IMG/VR virus record: IMGVR_UViG_3300032225_000625
Coordinates: 1 to 29,845 of that record
Length of the DNA: 29,845 bases
Source: a virus
Taxonomy: Duplodnaviria > Caudoviricetes
Direction: 5' to 3' (one strand)
The translations under genes and the position numbers were made by a program. The notes beneath the pieces were generated by a model, which searched no databases, was not told the DNA's origin, and was given only the letters and a program-made list of their open reading frames with translations. Position 1 is the first letter of the stretch, and every line of letters begins with the position of its first letter. Of the stretch, positions 18,401-26,140 are shown in pieces.

Positions 18401-19557
18401 CCAACAACGTGTCCACAGGCAAGATCGTCAAGGGTCTACCCATCCGAGGCGGCTCCACGTCGCCGTCTGGCCTGTTCTGGGCTGTCGACGCCCTTATCCG
18501 TGTGTCGTTCCAGCCGTCATCCGCTGGCGGCCAGAACTTCTACTGGACATACGACTTGGTGAGCAGCCAGACCTCAATCATGTCGTCAAGCTGCGTGATT
18601 GAGTACGACGGCATCTTCTACTGGATCGGCGTGGACCGGTTCCTGTCCTACAACGGCGCGGTCCAAGAGATACCCAACGAGCTGAACCAGAACTATTTCT
18701 TTGACAACGTGAACATCGCCCAACGCCAGAAGGTATGGGCCAGCAAGGTGAGCCGGTACGGTGAGATATGGTGGTTCTACCCCAAGGGCACCGCCACGGA
18801 ATGCACCGACGCCATCATCTACAACGTGCGCAACAAGTCGTGGTACGACGCCGGTGAGGCGCCAGGGGCGCGCCGATCTGCGGGAGTGTTTTCCGAGGTG
18901 TTCCCCAAACCCTTCTGGGCGGGCAATGAGTCTTTCGGTATCACCTTCAGCCAAGGGTTCGCCACGGTAAACACCACCACGACTTTGACCCTGAACGCGG
19001 CGGATAACCGTATCATCATCGGGATGGCCATAACTGGGCAGTACATCCCCGTCAACACGACCGTGACCAACGTGGTGGGGGTTACCGTCACGATGTCCAA
19101 CGCCGCCACCAGCAGCGGCACGATAACGGTCACGTTTACCGGGCAAAACTACAAGCTGTGGCAGCATGAGACGGGCTACGATTCTATTGACCTGACCAAC
19201 GTCACTGCCATCCAGAGCTACTTCGAAACCAACAGCGTGGGCACTTTGGGTGGGCTGGTGGGCACCCAGCAGCAGCCTGGGGATAACTTGTGGACAAGAT
19301 TGGAGCGCGTGGAGCCCGACTTCGTGCAGACGGGCACAATGACGGTGACGGTCACCGGTCAGGGCTACGCCGACGACACCGTGGTGGACTCCGACCCCTA
19401 TCCGTTTGACCCGACTACGCTTAAAATCGACATGCGAGAACAGCGCCGTGAGATGCGGCTGCGGTTTGAATCCAACGTGGCGGGTGGGACGTACCAAACG
19501 GGCCGTGTGCTGCTGTCAATGACCACCGGCGACTCCAGAAGCACGGGCAACCCATGA
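15490..19557 (+). CDS. Tail hub/nozzle (P22 gp10 stabilisation-like) protein with a large nested-repeat insertion (1355 aa)
   Basis: N-terminal PGI.RDGT..WVRF..PRKIGG; propeller-like C-terminal part (FYWIG.DRF..YNG.V, EIWWFYP, IIYN, LWQHETG, R.EPDF); about 700 aa of Thr-rich repeats inserted. Confidence 0.7.
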   Translation: MTQKVIAMEIPPGIQRDGTQFDAPCYTDGRWVRFQRTRPRKIGGYDAVFLNASGISRGMAMSTVNGFNYVVSGYSGGLQQWITSPVGGVGSGPYTYTLSNFTSSVYNLWQFDIAYDSTGNNTNNLVAHPGQNLSFMTSSTATPVLYGTFPTNADGTRTMSKVGVFTANANTTNGSAAVTLTAANVRVGAGQAVTGTGIPASTTVSSVVGNTITLSNAATASTTAPLSGVTLTGTAGQFSNTATTGLAIGQLINISGSTTATALSGLYATNASGRFNYSGTALSVGTPITISGSATNTALSSSYAISTAGGFSCAASATPLSVGQQVIVSGTATDTVLGTVYCTNTTANFTCTSATPLVIGQIVTVSGATTATSLTNVYTTGLAGTFSCTSTGTLAVGQTVTVSGTAAATALSNVYSTGAAGTFVCSNSSTTLQVGQTVTISGSTSTTALSSVVITGTAGTFQCAASPVTLYVGQPVVISGTFGGTGSITGYSSPTTYYIITTNGTTTFTLSTSLGGAAVTTVAGTPTGVTYTLSAATISGYSTPTTYYIIATNGVNTLTLSTTSGGAAVTSTVGATTGWTVNANALAITGYSTPTTYYITATNGSSTFTLSTTSGGAAVTTTIGAGTGLTLNANALSITGYSTPTNYFVIATNGSSTFQLSTSAGGAAVTTTAGPSTGLTFTAKASNIAAATYYIIATNGGTTFTLSTTPTGSGVTTTIGPTTGLSVTAQATVITGYTSPKVYYVIATDSASYFQLSATSGGAAITSTVGPVTGLSFSINTPSALSGVAITGTAGQFSCSASPALLQVGQPVVISGAFGGTGSITGYLNPTTYYIITTNGTTTFTLSATLGGSAITTTAGTPTGLSYTLSGAVITGYPGTSSYYIIATDGTSTFQISATSGGTPLVTAIGTTTSLTFTVSNPVALTFDNNISVSGGCVILHPYLFVYGDNGLIQNSSAGDFSNWVSADANSNNVSTGKIVKGLPIRGGSTSPSGLFWAVDALIRVSFQPSSAGGQNFYWTYDLVSSQTSIMSSSCVIEYDGIFYWIGVDRFLSYNGAVQEIPNELNQNYFFDNVNIAQRQKVWASKVSRYGEIWWFYPKGTATECTDAIIYNVRNKSWYDAGEAPGARRSAGVFSEVFPKPFWAGNESFGITFSQGFATVNTTTTLTLNAADNRIIIGMAITGQYIPVNTTVTNVVGVTVTMSNAATSSGTITVTFTGQNYKLWQHETGYDSIDLTNVTAIQSYFETNSVGTLGGLVGTQQQPGDNLWTRLERVEPDFVQTGTMTVTVTGQGYADDTVVDSDPYPFDPTTLKIDMREQRREMRLRFESNVAGGTYQTGRVLLSMTTGDSRSTGNP
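16159..18255 (+). repeat. Array of 8 A-type (about 37 aa) and 8 B-type (about 50 aa) protein repeats
   Basis: A units start at about 16159, 16270, 16378, 16492, 16603, 16714, 16828 and 17836. B units start at about 16951, 17101, 17251, 17401, 17551, 17689, 17959 and 18109. Confidence 0.9.
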
Positions 19558-19781
19558 TTGCACAGGTCTACGATCCCCGGAACATGGAGTGGGGCTACTG
19601 GTGCGCCCTCATGTCCGAGCTGTTTGCGGCCAACCAACTCGGCACTGTGCCCGAAGGCCAGTGGCGAACTTGGGCGGATGCGTTATCGGGCATTGGCCGC
19701 TTCCCTGGCGTGCCGGACAGCCGTGGCTTTGCGACATGGCAGGACTGGGCTTTTGCACTGAATAACGCACTGAGGAAATAA
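19554..19781 (+). CDS. Trp-rich hypothetical protein (75 aa)
   Basis: ATGA overlap with the hub gene; fills the gap to the next gene exactly. Confidence 0.7.
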   Translation: MIAQVYDPRNMEWGYWCALMSELFAANQLGTVPEGQWRTWADALSGIGRFPGVPDSRGFATWQDWAFALNNALRK

Positions 19782-19783
19782 TT

Positions 19784-21490
19784 ATGCCGATAGACAGAAA
19801 CGGTAATGAAATAATAACCGCCGATACCCCCGGCGCGGTATTTGATGAAAGTAATTCACGGCGCGGCGGGTATTGGCGCATGCCAACTGCGGCAGAGCAA
19901 GCAGATATTTCTTTAAACGCCCAGATTGCGGGACTTCCTCAAAATATTCGAGACGCAATGAATTTGGGGCAATTGATACCACAGTATTCAACGGTATCAA
20001 CGGGTGCAGGCCGTGGAGGGCAAGTTAGCGTTAATAACGGCATTACCGGCTTTATTTCTCCCGGAGCTAACGACACCACTATTTCCTACGACCTTTTCGG
20101 GAATAAAACCGGCCAAACTCAAAATCAACATGGCGGCGGCGGGTTTCTTGGCGACCTTATCAGCAGCGTCGGTAGCGGAGTAAGTGACTTTCTTTCGGAC
20201 CCAGCAAAAGCAACCACCAATTTATTTGAGAACCCCGGCGTTAAAGAAGCGGCGCTGATTGCGGCTACCATATACGCACCTGAGCTTCTAGGTAATCTTG
20301 GGACGGAGGCAGCGGTAACCGGCGCGGGTGCTGATGTCGCTGCGGATACTTTGGGATCGGGAATCGTAGAAGGCGGCGGCCTTGATGCCCTTGCCACCGG
20401 CGCGGGCACCACTGCTACGCCAGCATTTCTACCGGAAGCGGCGCAAGCGGCCTCCACAACGGCGACATTGCCTACCGCCGCTACGGGGGCGCTGCCTGTT
20501 ACCGAAGCGTTAACCGAGTTTGGCGGTTACCCATCTTTGGATGCATCCGAGATGGCGGCGTATCCCACCTCTGGGATAGTTGGCCCTATTCCTGCCGCCG
20601 CTAGTGGTCTGACCGCCGCTGAACTGGCCGCTTCTGAGATGGCGGCGTACCCTACTTCTGGGATAGTGGGGCCCGTGCCAGAAACAGCTCTGACTGGGAT
20701 CGCTCCACTTGGAGTACCTAGCGCCGCAGAGTTAACTAGCGGATTGAATTTTGCCGACCTTACCAAGGGCGCGTCCACTATCAATAGCTTGCTCAATTCG
20801 TTCAAACAAGGCGCTACGCTCGGCTCCCTTGACGGGTCAAGCAGCTCGGGCAGTTCCAACGGATCGCGCTTGGGTTCGGACTTGGCTAGGGTCGGGCAGA
20901 TGGGCTCAGGAAACTCGCTGTTGCACGCCGTGCAGGGGCTCTACAGCGGCTCTCCCACGGGCTTTGCTGAAGGCGGCTCCACGAGTTCTGGCTTGGACAA
21001 CTACAACCCCCTGAAGGGGGACACCGTGAAGGTTGGTGATGTGGGCAAGAACATCACGCTGTCCAAGGATTTGGCCTCACTGTACGGGGACAACGTCCTT
21101 GCACACGGGGGCCAGCCGCATGTGGACCCCAGGCTCATGGCGCTGATACGGGCACGGGCAAATCCTGCGGACAAGCAGCACCCCAACTACGACGGCACTC
21201 CGGTGTTCCGCACGGGCGGGCTTGAGGGCCTGGGCGGCAAGTACGTTGAGGGTAAGGGCGACGGCACCAGCGACGACATCACGGCAATGCTCGCTAACGG
21301 GGAATACGTCTTCAGTGCAGACGTGGTGTCGGCCTTGGGCAACGGATCCAACAAAGCGGGTGCCGAGAAGCTCAACGACATGGTGCATTCCATACGTGCC
21401 CGCGCGCGGTCCGCGCCGCCTGACAAGTTGCCCCCAGACGCCAAGTCGCCGTTAGAATACCTCAAACCCTCCAAGGGGAAACAAGCATGA
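19784..21490 (+). CDS. Putative internal virion/ejection protein (568 aa)
   Basis: GAGGA SD; low-complexity Ala/Gly/Thr; C-terminal G.GDGTSDDI.AMLANGEYV motif; FAEGG, LAHGG and FRTGG motifs. Confidence 0.6.
   Translation: MPIDRNGNEIITADTPGAVFDESNSRRGGYWRMPTAAEQADISLNAQIAGLPQNIRDAMNLGQLIPQYSTVSTGAGRGGQVSVNNGITGFISPGANDTTISYDLFGNKTGQTQNQHGGGGFLGDLISSVGSGVSDFLSDPAKATTNLFENPGVKEAALIAATIYAPELLGNLGTEAAVTGAGADVAADTLGSGIVEGGGLDALATGAGTTATPAFLPEAAQAASTTATLPTAATGALPVTEALTEFGGYPSLDASEMAAYPTSGIVGPIPAAASGLTAAELAASEMAAYPTSGIVGPVPETALTGIAPLGVPSAAELTSGLNFADLTKGASTINSLLNSFKQGATLGSLDGSSSSGSSNGSRLGSDLARVGQMGSGNSLLHAVQGLYSGSPTGFAEGGSTSSGLDNYNPLKGDTVKVGDVGKNITLSKDLASLYGDNVLAHGGQPHVDPRLMALIRARANPADKQHPNYDGTPVFRTGGLEGLGGKYVEGKGDGTSDDITAMLANGEYVFSADVVSALGNGSNKAGAEKLNDMVHSIRARARSAPPDKLPPDAKSPLEYLKPSKGKQA
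20543..20674 (+). repeat. Imperfect 45-bp direct repeat, period 87 bp
   Basis: ASEMAAYPTSGIVGP is encoded twice (about 20543 and 20630) with only synonymous differences. Confidence 0.85.
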
Positions 21491-22479
21491 CCGATTTCAC
21501 CCAATCGTCGCAAGTATCGTCGTCCACGCCCACGGGCGGGCTGGGGAACGCCTACCTGACGAACACCGCCGGTGCGTTGAACACCAACACCGCTGCGTCG
21601 AACAACATCGTGGACCCGACGACGGGCCAGCTCACCGCTGCTGCTAGGACGGCATATGACCCCAACGCCTTGCAGACACAGGCCTTCACCAACGTGGCGG
21701 CCAACCAAGGCAATTACATCCCCGGCCTTACGGCGGCGGGCCAGACCATTGCGAATGCCGGTCAGACCGATATCACCGGCGCGGCCAACCCGTACCTGAC
21801 AGCGGGCACCAGCAGCGCTGCCGATCTGGTGGGCGGGTACATGAACCCCTACGTCCAGAACGTGGTGGACCAGATCCGGCTCGCCAACCAGCAGAACATC
21901 CAACAGAACCTAACACCAGGTCTTACTGCCGGTGCGGTGGGCGGCGGGCAGTTTGGCTCGCAGCGGGGTGCCAATGCCTTGGCCATGGGCATCTCCAACG
22001 CCAACATCGGGGCGCTGGGCCAACAGTCGCAGGCGTTGCAGTCCGGTTACAGCGAGGCCCTGAAGGCCGCCATGCAACAGCGCGCCAACCAGGTGGGCGC
22101 TGGAAAGACAGCCGAAGAAGCCGCCACTGCTCAAGGCGCTTTGGGTCTTAACACCGGCGCGGCTCAAGCAAAGATCGCGCAACAGCTACAGTCACAAGGG
22201 CTGGCGGACACTGACGCGCTGCTGAAGGCTGGGAACGCGCAGCAGACCATCGCAACCAACCGCCTGAACGCACCTCTAGACATCCTGGGCAAGACCCTGT
22301 CGAACACCTCAGGCGTGGTGCTGCCGACGGCAAGCACCACTGAGCTGAATATGTCACCGCTGTCCCAGATCAGCGGTCTGGCTGCGCTTGGCGCGGGGGC
22401 TATTACGAAGGATAAGGCGACTGGAAAGTCTCCTTTGGACGACTTCTTGGAAGCGTACAAGAAACAGTTTGGAGGGTAA
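21487..22479 (+). CDS. Putative DNA ejection/pilot protein (330 aa)
   Basis: YMNPY..NVVD and GQFGSQR motifs; Gln/Ala/Gly-rich helical; position typical of podovirus ejection genes. Confidence 0.6.
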   Translation: MTDFTQSSQVSSSTPTGGLGNAYLTNTAGALNTNTAASNNIVDPTTGQLTAAARTAYDPNALQTQAFTNVAANQGNYIPGLTAAGQTIANAGQTDITGAANPYLTAGTSSAADLVGGYMNPYVQNVVDQIRLANQQNIQQNLTPGLTAGAVGGGQFGSQRGANALAMGISNANIGALGQQSQALQSGYSEALKAAMQQRANQVGAGKTAEEAATAQGALGLNTGAAQAKIAQQLQSQGLADTDALLKAGNAQQTIATNRLNAPLDILGKTLSNTSGVVLPTASTTELNMSPLSQISGLAALGAGAITKDKATGKSPLDDFLEAYKKQFGG

Positions 22480-22482
22480 ACC

Positions 22483-24102
22483 ATGGCAACAGCATCACCC
22501 TTGGACATCCTTAACGCAGGTATGCAGGCTACGTTAAAGTCCCCAATTATTGGTAAAACGGATGAGCAGGTAAAGGCAGAGGCGGACGCCCTTGATACTG
22601 CATCGGAGGCTTTAGCACAACGCTACGCGCAGCCAAACTGGTTCAATGTAGCCGCAGGTTTTTTGAAGCCCCAGTTGGGCGGCTTTGGTGCATCCCTGGG
22701 AAGCGCCGCGCAGGCGTTGGGTGAGAATTTAGAAAAACAACGCGAAAACCAGTTGCCTTTGTACGCGGTGCGGGCGCAAGCAGGCGCCATGAAAAGCCAG
22801 ATGGCCAACCGTCAATTGGCGGCAAAGGCTTATGAGGATGCTAAAAGAGGTAATTTTGATCCAGAAGGCCTTCCTGCTTTACAGGCTACCTTAACTTCCT
22901 ACGGCGCTCCCGAGTTGGCGGATTCTGTGGGCAAGATGATTGAGACGAGGCAAAAAGATCGTGGTTTAGCATCAAGCGAACAGGGCAATGCAGTTGCCCG
23001 TATTACTCTGGCTCGGTCTATGGGCGTGGCTCCTAACCCAGCCGATCTGGCCCTAGTAGCCTCAGGTTCCCCTACTGCTATCAAAAAGCCCGAGGCAACA
23101 GATACGACGGCACCGAAAAAAATGCTGGAGCTCACTGCGCCCGAAATTACACCACCTAAAATTACACCGCCAACAGTTGAGGCACCCGCAGCGGGAGAGC
23201 TTGAGAAAAATAGGCCAGTTGGGGCATTCGATTTTGAACGAACCACGCTGCCCAGTGTTGATCGTGCTATAGCGGCTATACCAGATCAAACAGAACGAGA
23301 ACGCGCAAAAAAAGCTTTGGATACGCAAGTCGCCTCCATGCCAAAAAAAATTCTTTCCTCAGAATACAACATGGAATCCGGATTGACTCCTGATCAACTT
23401 GCCAAAGTTGTCAAGCCTATGGAAGATATTGCAGAATCCCGCTACGCGGGTTTGATGATAGGTGCGCCCGAACAGTATGCCCCGCGTGCAAGGGTACTGG
23501 ATAATCAAATTAATTTAATAAAAAACAATAGTAAGCCAGATAAGCCAGATGGTAGCTCTCCTGTATCACGAGTAACTTCAGTTCTATCCCAAGGGAAAGT
23601 ATTTGATGGAATATTAGCGGCCTTAAATGAGGGTGTTGGCATAAGTTTAAATGGTTTAAGCGCTAATTTGCGTGCACCTATTGAAACCTTTATTCGCGCT
23701 AATTTTGAAAAAGAAGATAGAGAATTGGCGATGGCTATGGCCAACAACTACGCTTCCATTGCCCTAATGCAACAACAAGTTGGAAAAGTAAATCCAAACT
23801 CTGCGCGTAATGCTGAAATAGGTTTGTACAACAGCCTTACTCCAAACATGGATACAACACCAAACGCCGCTATGCGATCCCTGTTACACTTAAAACACGA
23901 TCTGGATATGACACGTGCGCAGTATGAGCATGTAACTAGCATATTAACTAACAAGCACCCTACTTTAACATTGAAACCAAAAGAATTGGCTCGTTTTAGC
24001 ACGGCATTTGATCCTCAGTATTTAGAAAAAATAAATGAACCTTTTGCTGAAAAACATAACCAAGTAGAATCAGCTTTTCAACGTTCTTTAGGTAAAAAAT
24101 AG
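22483..24102 (+). CDS. Putative internal virion/ejection protein (539 aa)
   Basis: GGAGG SD; helical with a Pro-rich linker (PEITPPKITPP); inferred from position only. Confidence 0.55.
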   Translation: MATASPLDILNAGMQATLKSPIIGKTDEQVKAEADALDTASEALAQRYAQPNWFNVAAGFLKPQLGGFGASLGSAAQALGENLEKQRENQLPLYAVRAQAGAMKSQMANRQLAAKAYEDAKRGNFDPEGLPALQATLTSYGAPELADSVGKMIETRQKDRGLASSEQGNAVARITLARSMGVAPNPADLALVASGSPTAIKKPEATDTTAPKKMLELTAPEITPPKITPPTVEAPAAGELEKNRPVGAFDFERTTLPSVDRAIAAIPDQTERERAKKALDTQVASMPKKILSSEYNMESGLTPDQLAKVVKPMEDIAESRYAGLMIGAPEQYAPRARVLDNQINLIKNNSKPDKPDGSSPVSRVTSVLSQGKVFDGILAALNEGVGISLNGLSANLRAPIETFIRANFEKEDRELAMAMANNYASIALMQQQVGKVNPNSARNAEIGLYNSLTPNMDTTPNAAMRSLLHLKHDLDMTRAQYEHVTSILTNKHPTLTLKPKELARFSTAFDPQYLEKINEPFAEKHNQVESAFQRSLGKK

Positions 24103-24112
24103 GACTACCGGT

Positions 24113-25393
24113 ATGGATGACACCAACGAGTATGATGAATATTTTGCGCCCGTAAAAGATAAAACCAAAGCCGTAAATAAAATTTTGGCGGAAGTCGCTA
24201 ATGCGCCCGTAAAAAAACTTGCTACGGCTGTTTTGGAAGAAAGCAACCCTCACGATAACGACTTTACTACAGAAGGCAATAGCCTTCCCACAAAACCTTT
24301 TTGGACTCCTGAAAAAACAGCGGCAGCCGTAGGGGGAGCGGGCGGGGCTTTGTACGGAGCGGCTAGGACACCGGCGTATAGTCCTGCTTTCACCGAATGG
24401 GCTGCCAAACACTATGGGATTCCCGTGGAAGACGTAGCGGGGTATATGAACATGCGAAACCCAGCTCCACCAACTTCACGGGAGGCCGCGCGGGCAATAG
24501 CGGCTAGGTCATCCGCAATCCCGGCAACAACGCCGATTTCAAATTTGGTAGAAGAGCCCCCTGGTGGCCATGAAAGATGGCTCGCACCGCGTAGCGCGGT
24601 TCCCGTACCAAAAGCTCTTTCCGACCAGATGGTGACCATGACAGGTGGCGCGGGCACCAAGGGGTCTGGGGAAGAGATACTGGCGCGCCATGCTGCGGGT
24701 GTAAATAAAGTGCAAGAGCTAGGATATGACCCTTTTACCATGGAGAAGAAGGGCTCGTTCTATATCCCACCCGAAGGCAGGGCCCGGCCTCAACCTCCGC
24801 AAGTCTGGAACAGGCCCCGAGCAGTAGGTCCCGCCCCATGGACCTCGCCCGAGTTTGCGGTGCCCAAAGTTCCTTCCGCGCCCGTCGGGGCGGCACCGGT
24901 TTCCCCCTTGCCAACCGCAGCCCCAGCGGCCAGTGAAGAGTCCTTGCGCGCGGCTTTGGAGCAGAATATTCAACGCGCTGGGGGTCTAGCCAACGTAGCC
25001 CAACGGGGCGCTTCTGCGGGACTTGGTGCCTTTGGTGCGGGTATGGGTGGCCTGCAACTGCTCGATGCCTTGCGCAGTATGCGCACCGGTTTCCGCCCAG
25101 ATAACGCCCTGCAAGCCGCCGAAGGGGCTGGGTTTTTGAGCGCGATGAAATATCCTAAAGTTGGCCTACCCGTGGCTGGAACCGCAAAAATGGCTCGGTC
25201 TGCAAGCGATATGTACAACGAGGGGGTGACTCCTGAAAGAGCGGCGGCGATGGCCAGCGGCGCGGGGCTTATCGCTATGCCCAAGTTTCCGGTACTAGGG
25301 GCGCTCGCCCAAACTCCTGAGCTGTATTTTGCGTTGCAAAAGTGGCGTGCGGAACACCCAGCAGAGAACGACTACCCTATAGAACTGCATTGA
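24113..25393 (+). CDS. Hypothetical protein, possibly internal virion (426 aa)
   Basis: AGGA SD; Ala/Gly/Pro-rich with a C-terminal duplication (G.G...M.(Y/F)P..G); last gene before the terminator. Confidence 0.6.
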   Translation: MDDTNEYDEYFAPVKDKTKAVNKILAEVANAPVKKLATAVLEESNPHDNDFTTEGNSLPTKPFWTPEKTAAAVGGAGGALYGAARTPAYSPAFTEWAAKHYGIPVEDVAGYMNMRNPAPPTSREAARAIAARSSAIPATTPISNLVEEPPGGHERWLAPRSAVPVPKALSDQMVTMTGGAGTKGSGEEILARHAAGVNKVQELGYDPFTMEKKGSFYIPPEGRARPQPPQVWNRPRAVGPAPWTSPEFAVPKVPSAPVGAAPVSPLPTAAPAASEESLRAALEQNIQRAGGLANVAQRGASAGLGAFGAGMGGLQLLDALRSMRTGFRPDNALQAAEGAGFLSAMKYPKVGLPVAGTAKMARSASDMYNEGVTPERAAAMASGAGLIAMPKFPVLGALAQTPELYFALQKWRAEHPAENDYPIELH

Positions 25394-25472
25394 GCATCTG
25401 CAGGATACCCACGAGGGTAAGAATTGCAATCACTTTTATCCATGCTACCGTAGTGCATTTTAGGATTTTCAT
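25377..25472 (-). CDS. Candidate 31-aa hydrophobic membrane peptide
   Basis: GAGGAG SD 8 nt upstream of the ATG; MKILKCTTVAWIKVIAILTLVGILQMLNAVL. Confidence 0.45.
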   Translation of the reverse strand: MKILKCTTVAWIKVIAILTLVGILQMLNAVL

Positions 25473-25502
25473 CTGAATGTCTCCTCGATCTGAAAAGGTC
25501 TT

Positions 25503-25532
25503 AGCCCCCGTCACTGGGGGCTTTTTTTTTTT
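25503..25532 (+). terminator. Rho-independent terminator ending the late module
   Basis: AGCCCCCG-TCAC-TGGGGGCT hairpin running into about 11 T, at the convergence of the + and - modules. Confidence 0.9.
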
Positions 25533-25773
25533 ACATCCCACCCCGTTTCTCAGTGAGCGCCAGCGCCACCAGGGGGTTGATGGACTGCACAAACTCAATG
25601 CACAGCTCGCGCTCCTTGCGGGCGTACATGAGCGCCACCTTCTCCTCGACTTTGCGACCGAACTCAAGGATGTCGAGGTTGTCGGTGTACAGGCCGTTGG
25701 GGTCTACGGGGCTGTTTGGTGACTGGCACTTGCAGTCCATGAGAACCATTTTGAGGTCGTGTTCTGTGAGCAT
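25531..25773 (-). CDS. Hypothetical protein (80 aa)
   Basis: AGGAG SD before MLTEHDLK...; this start avoids overlap with the Cro-like gene. Confidence 0.7.
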   Translation of the reverse strand: MLTEHDLKMVLMDCKCQSPNSPVDPNGLYTDNLDILEFGRKVEEKVALMYARKERELCIEFVQSINPLVALALTEKRGGM

Positions 25774-25784
25774 AGCTTCTCCTA

Positions 25785-25812
25785 TTGATGTAACTCGGGG
25801 TTTGATTATAAT
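25785..25812 (+). promoter_or_regulatory. Sigma70-like promoter for the Cro-like gene (leaderless); the -10 lies in a palindrome
   Basis: TTGATG-16 nt-TATAAT, 6 nt before ATG 25819; no SD; ATTATAAT reads the same on both strands. Confidence 0.55.
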
Positions 25813-25818
25813 GCGGGC

Positions 25819-26019
25819 ATGACGCTCGCTGAATACTTTAAAACTGATGTGCGGGGTGCCAAGGCCGAGATGGCCGAGTACCTCAAGATCACACCCACGT
25901 GGATGGCCCTGCTTATCGCGGGGACGAGACAACCTTCGCCCGTGCTGGCTCTGGCGATTGAGGAAGCAACGCAGGGCCTTGTGACCCGGCAAGAGCTTCG
26001 GCCAGATATTTTTCGCTGA
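25819..26019 (+). CDS. Cro/YdaS-like HTH transcriptional regulator (66 aa)
   Basis: HTH segment KAEMAEYLKITPTWMALLIAG followed by R.PSP..A.AIE.AT.G.VTR.ELRPDIF, typical of Cro/YdaS-like proteins. Confidence 0.85.
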   Translation: MTLAEYFKTDVRGAKAEMAEYLKITPTWMALLIAGTRQPSPVLALAIEEATQGLVTRQELRPDIFR

Positions 26020-26140
26020 TAGCCCTGCGCCACGCCGCCAGCAGCAGCTTGTTGTCCTCGCGCAGCACCTTGTTCTCCTCGCTCACCTCCTCGGCGTACT
26101 TCGCCAGGTTCTCCGGCTTCCAGCTCGCAAAATCAGCCAT
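25913..26140 (-). CDS. Hypothetical coiled-coil protein (75 aa)
   Basis: AAGGA SD; start overlaps the helicase end; its 3' end overlaps the Cro-like gene convergently by 107 bp. Confidence 0.6.
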   Translation of the reverse strand: MADFASWKPENLAKYAEEVSEENKVLREDNKLLLAAWRRAISEKYLAEALAGSQGPALLPQSPEPARAKVVSSPR

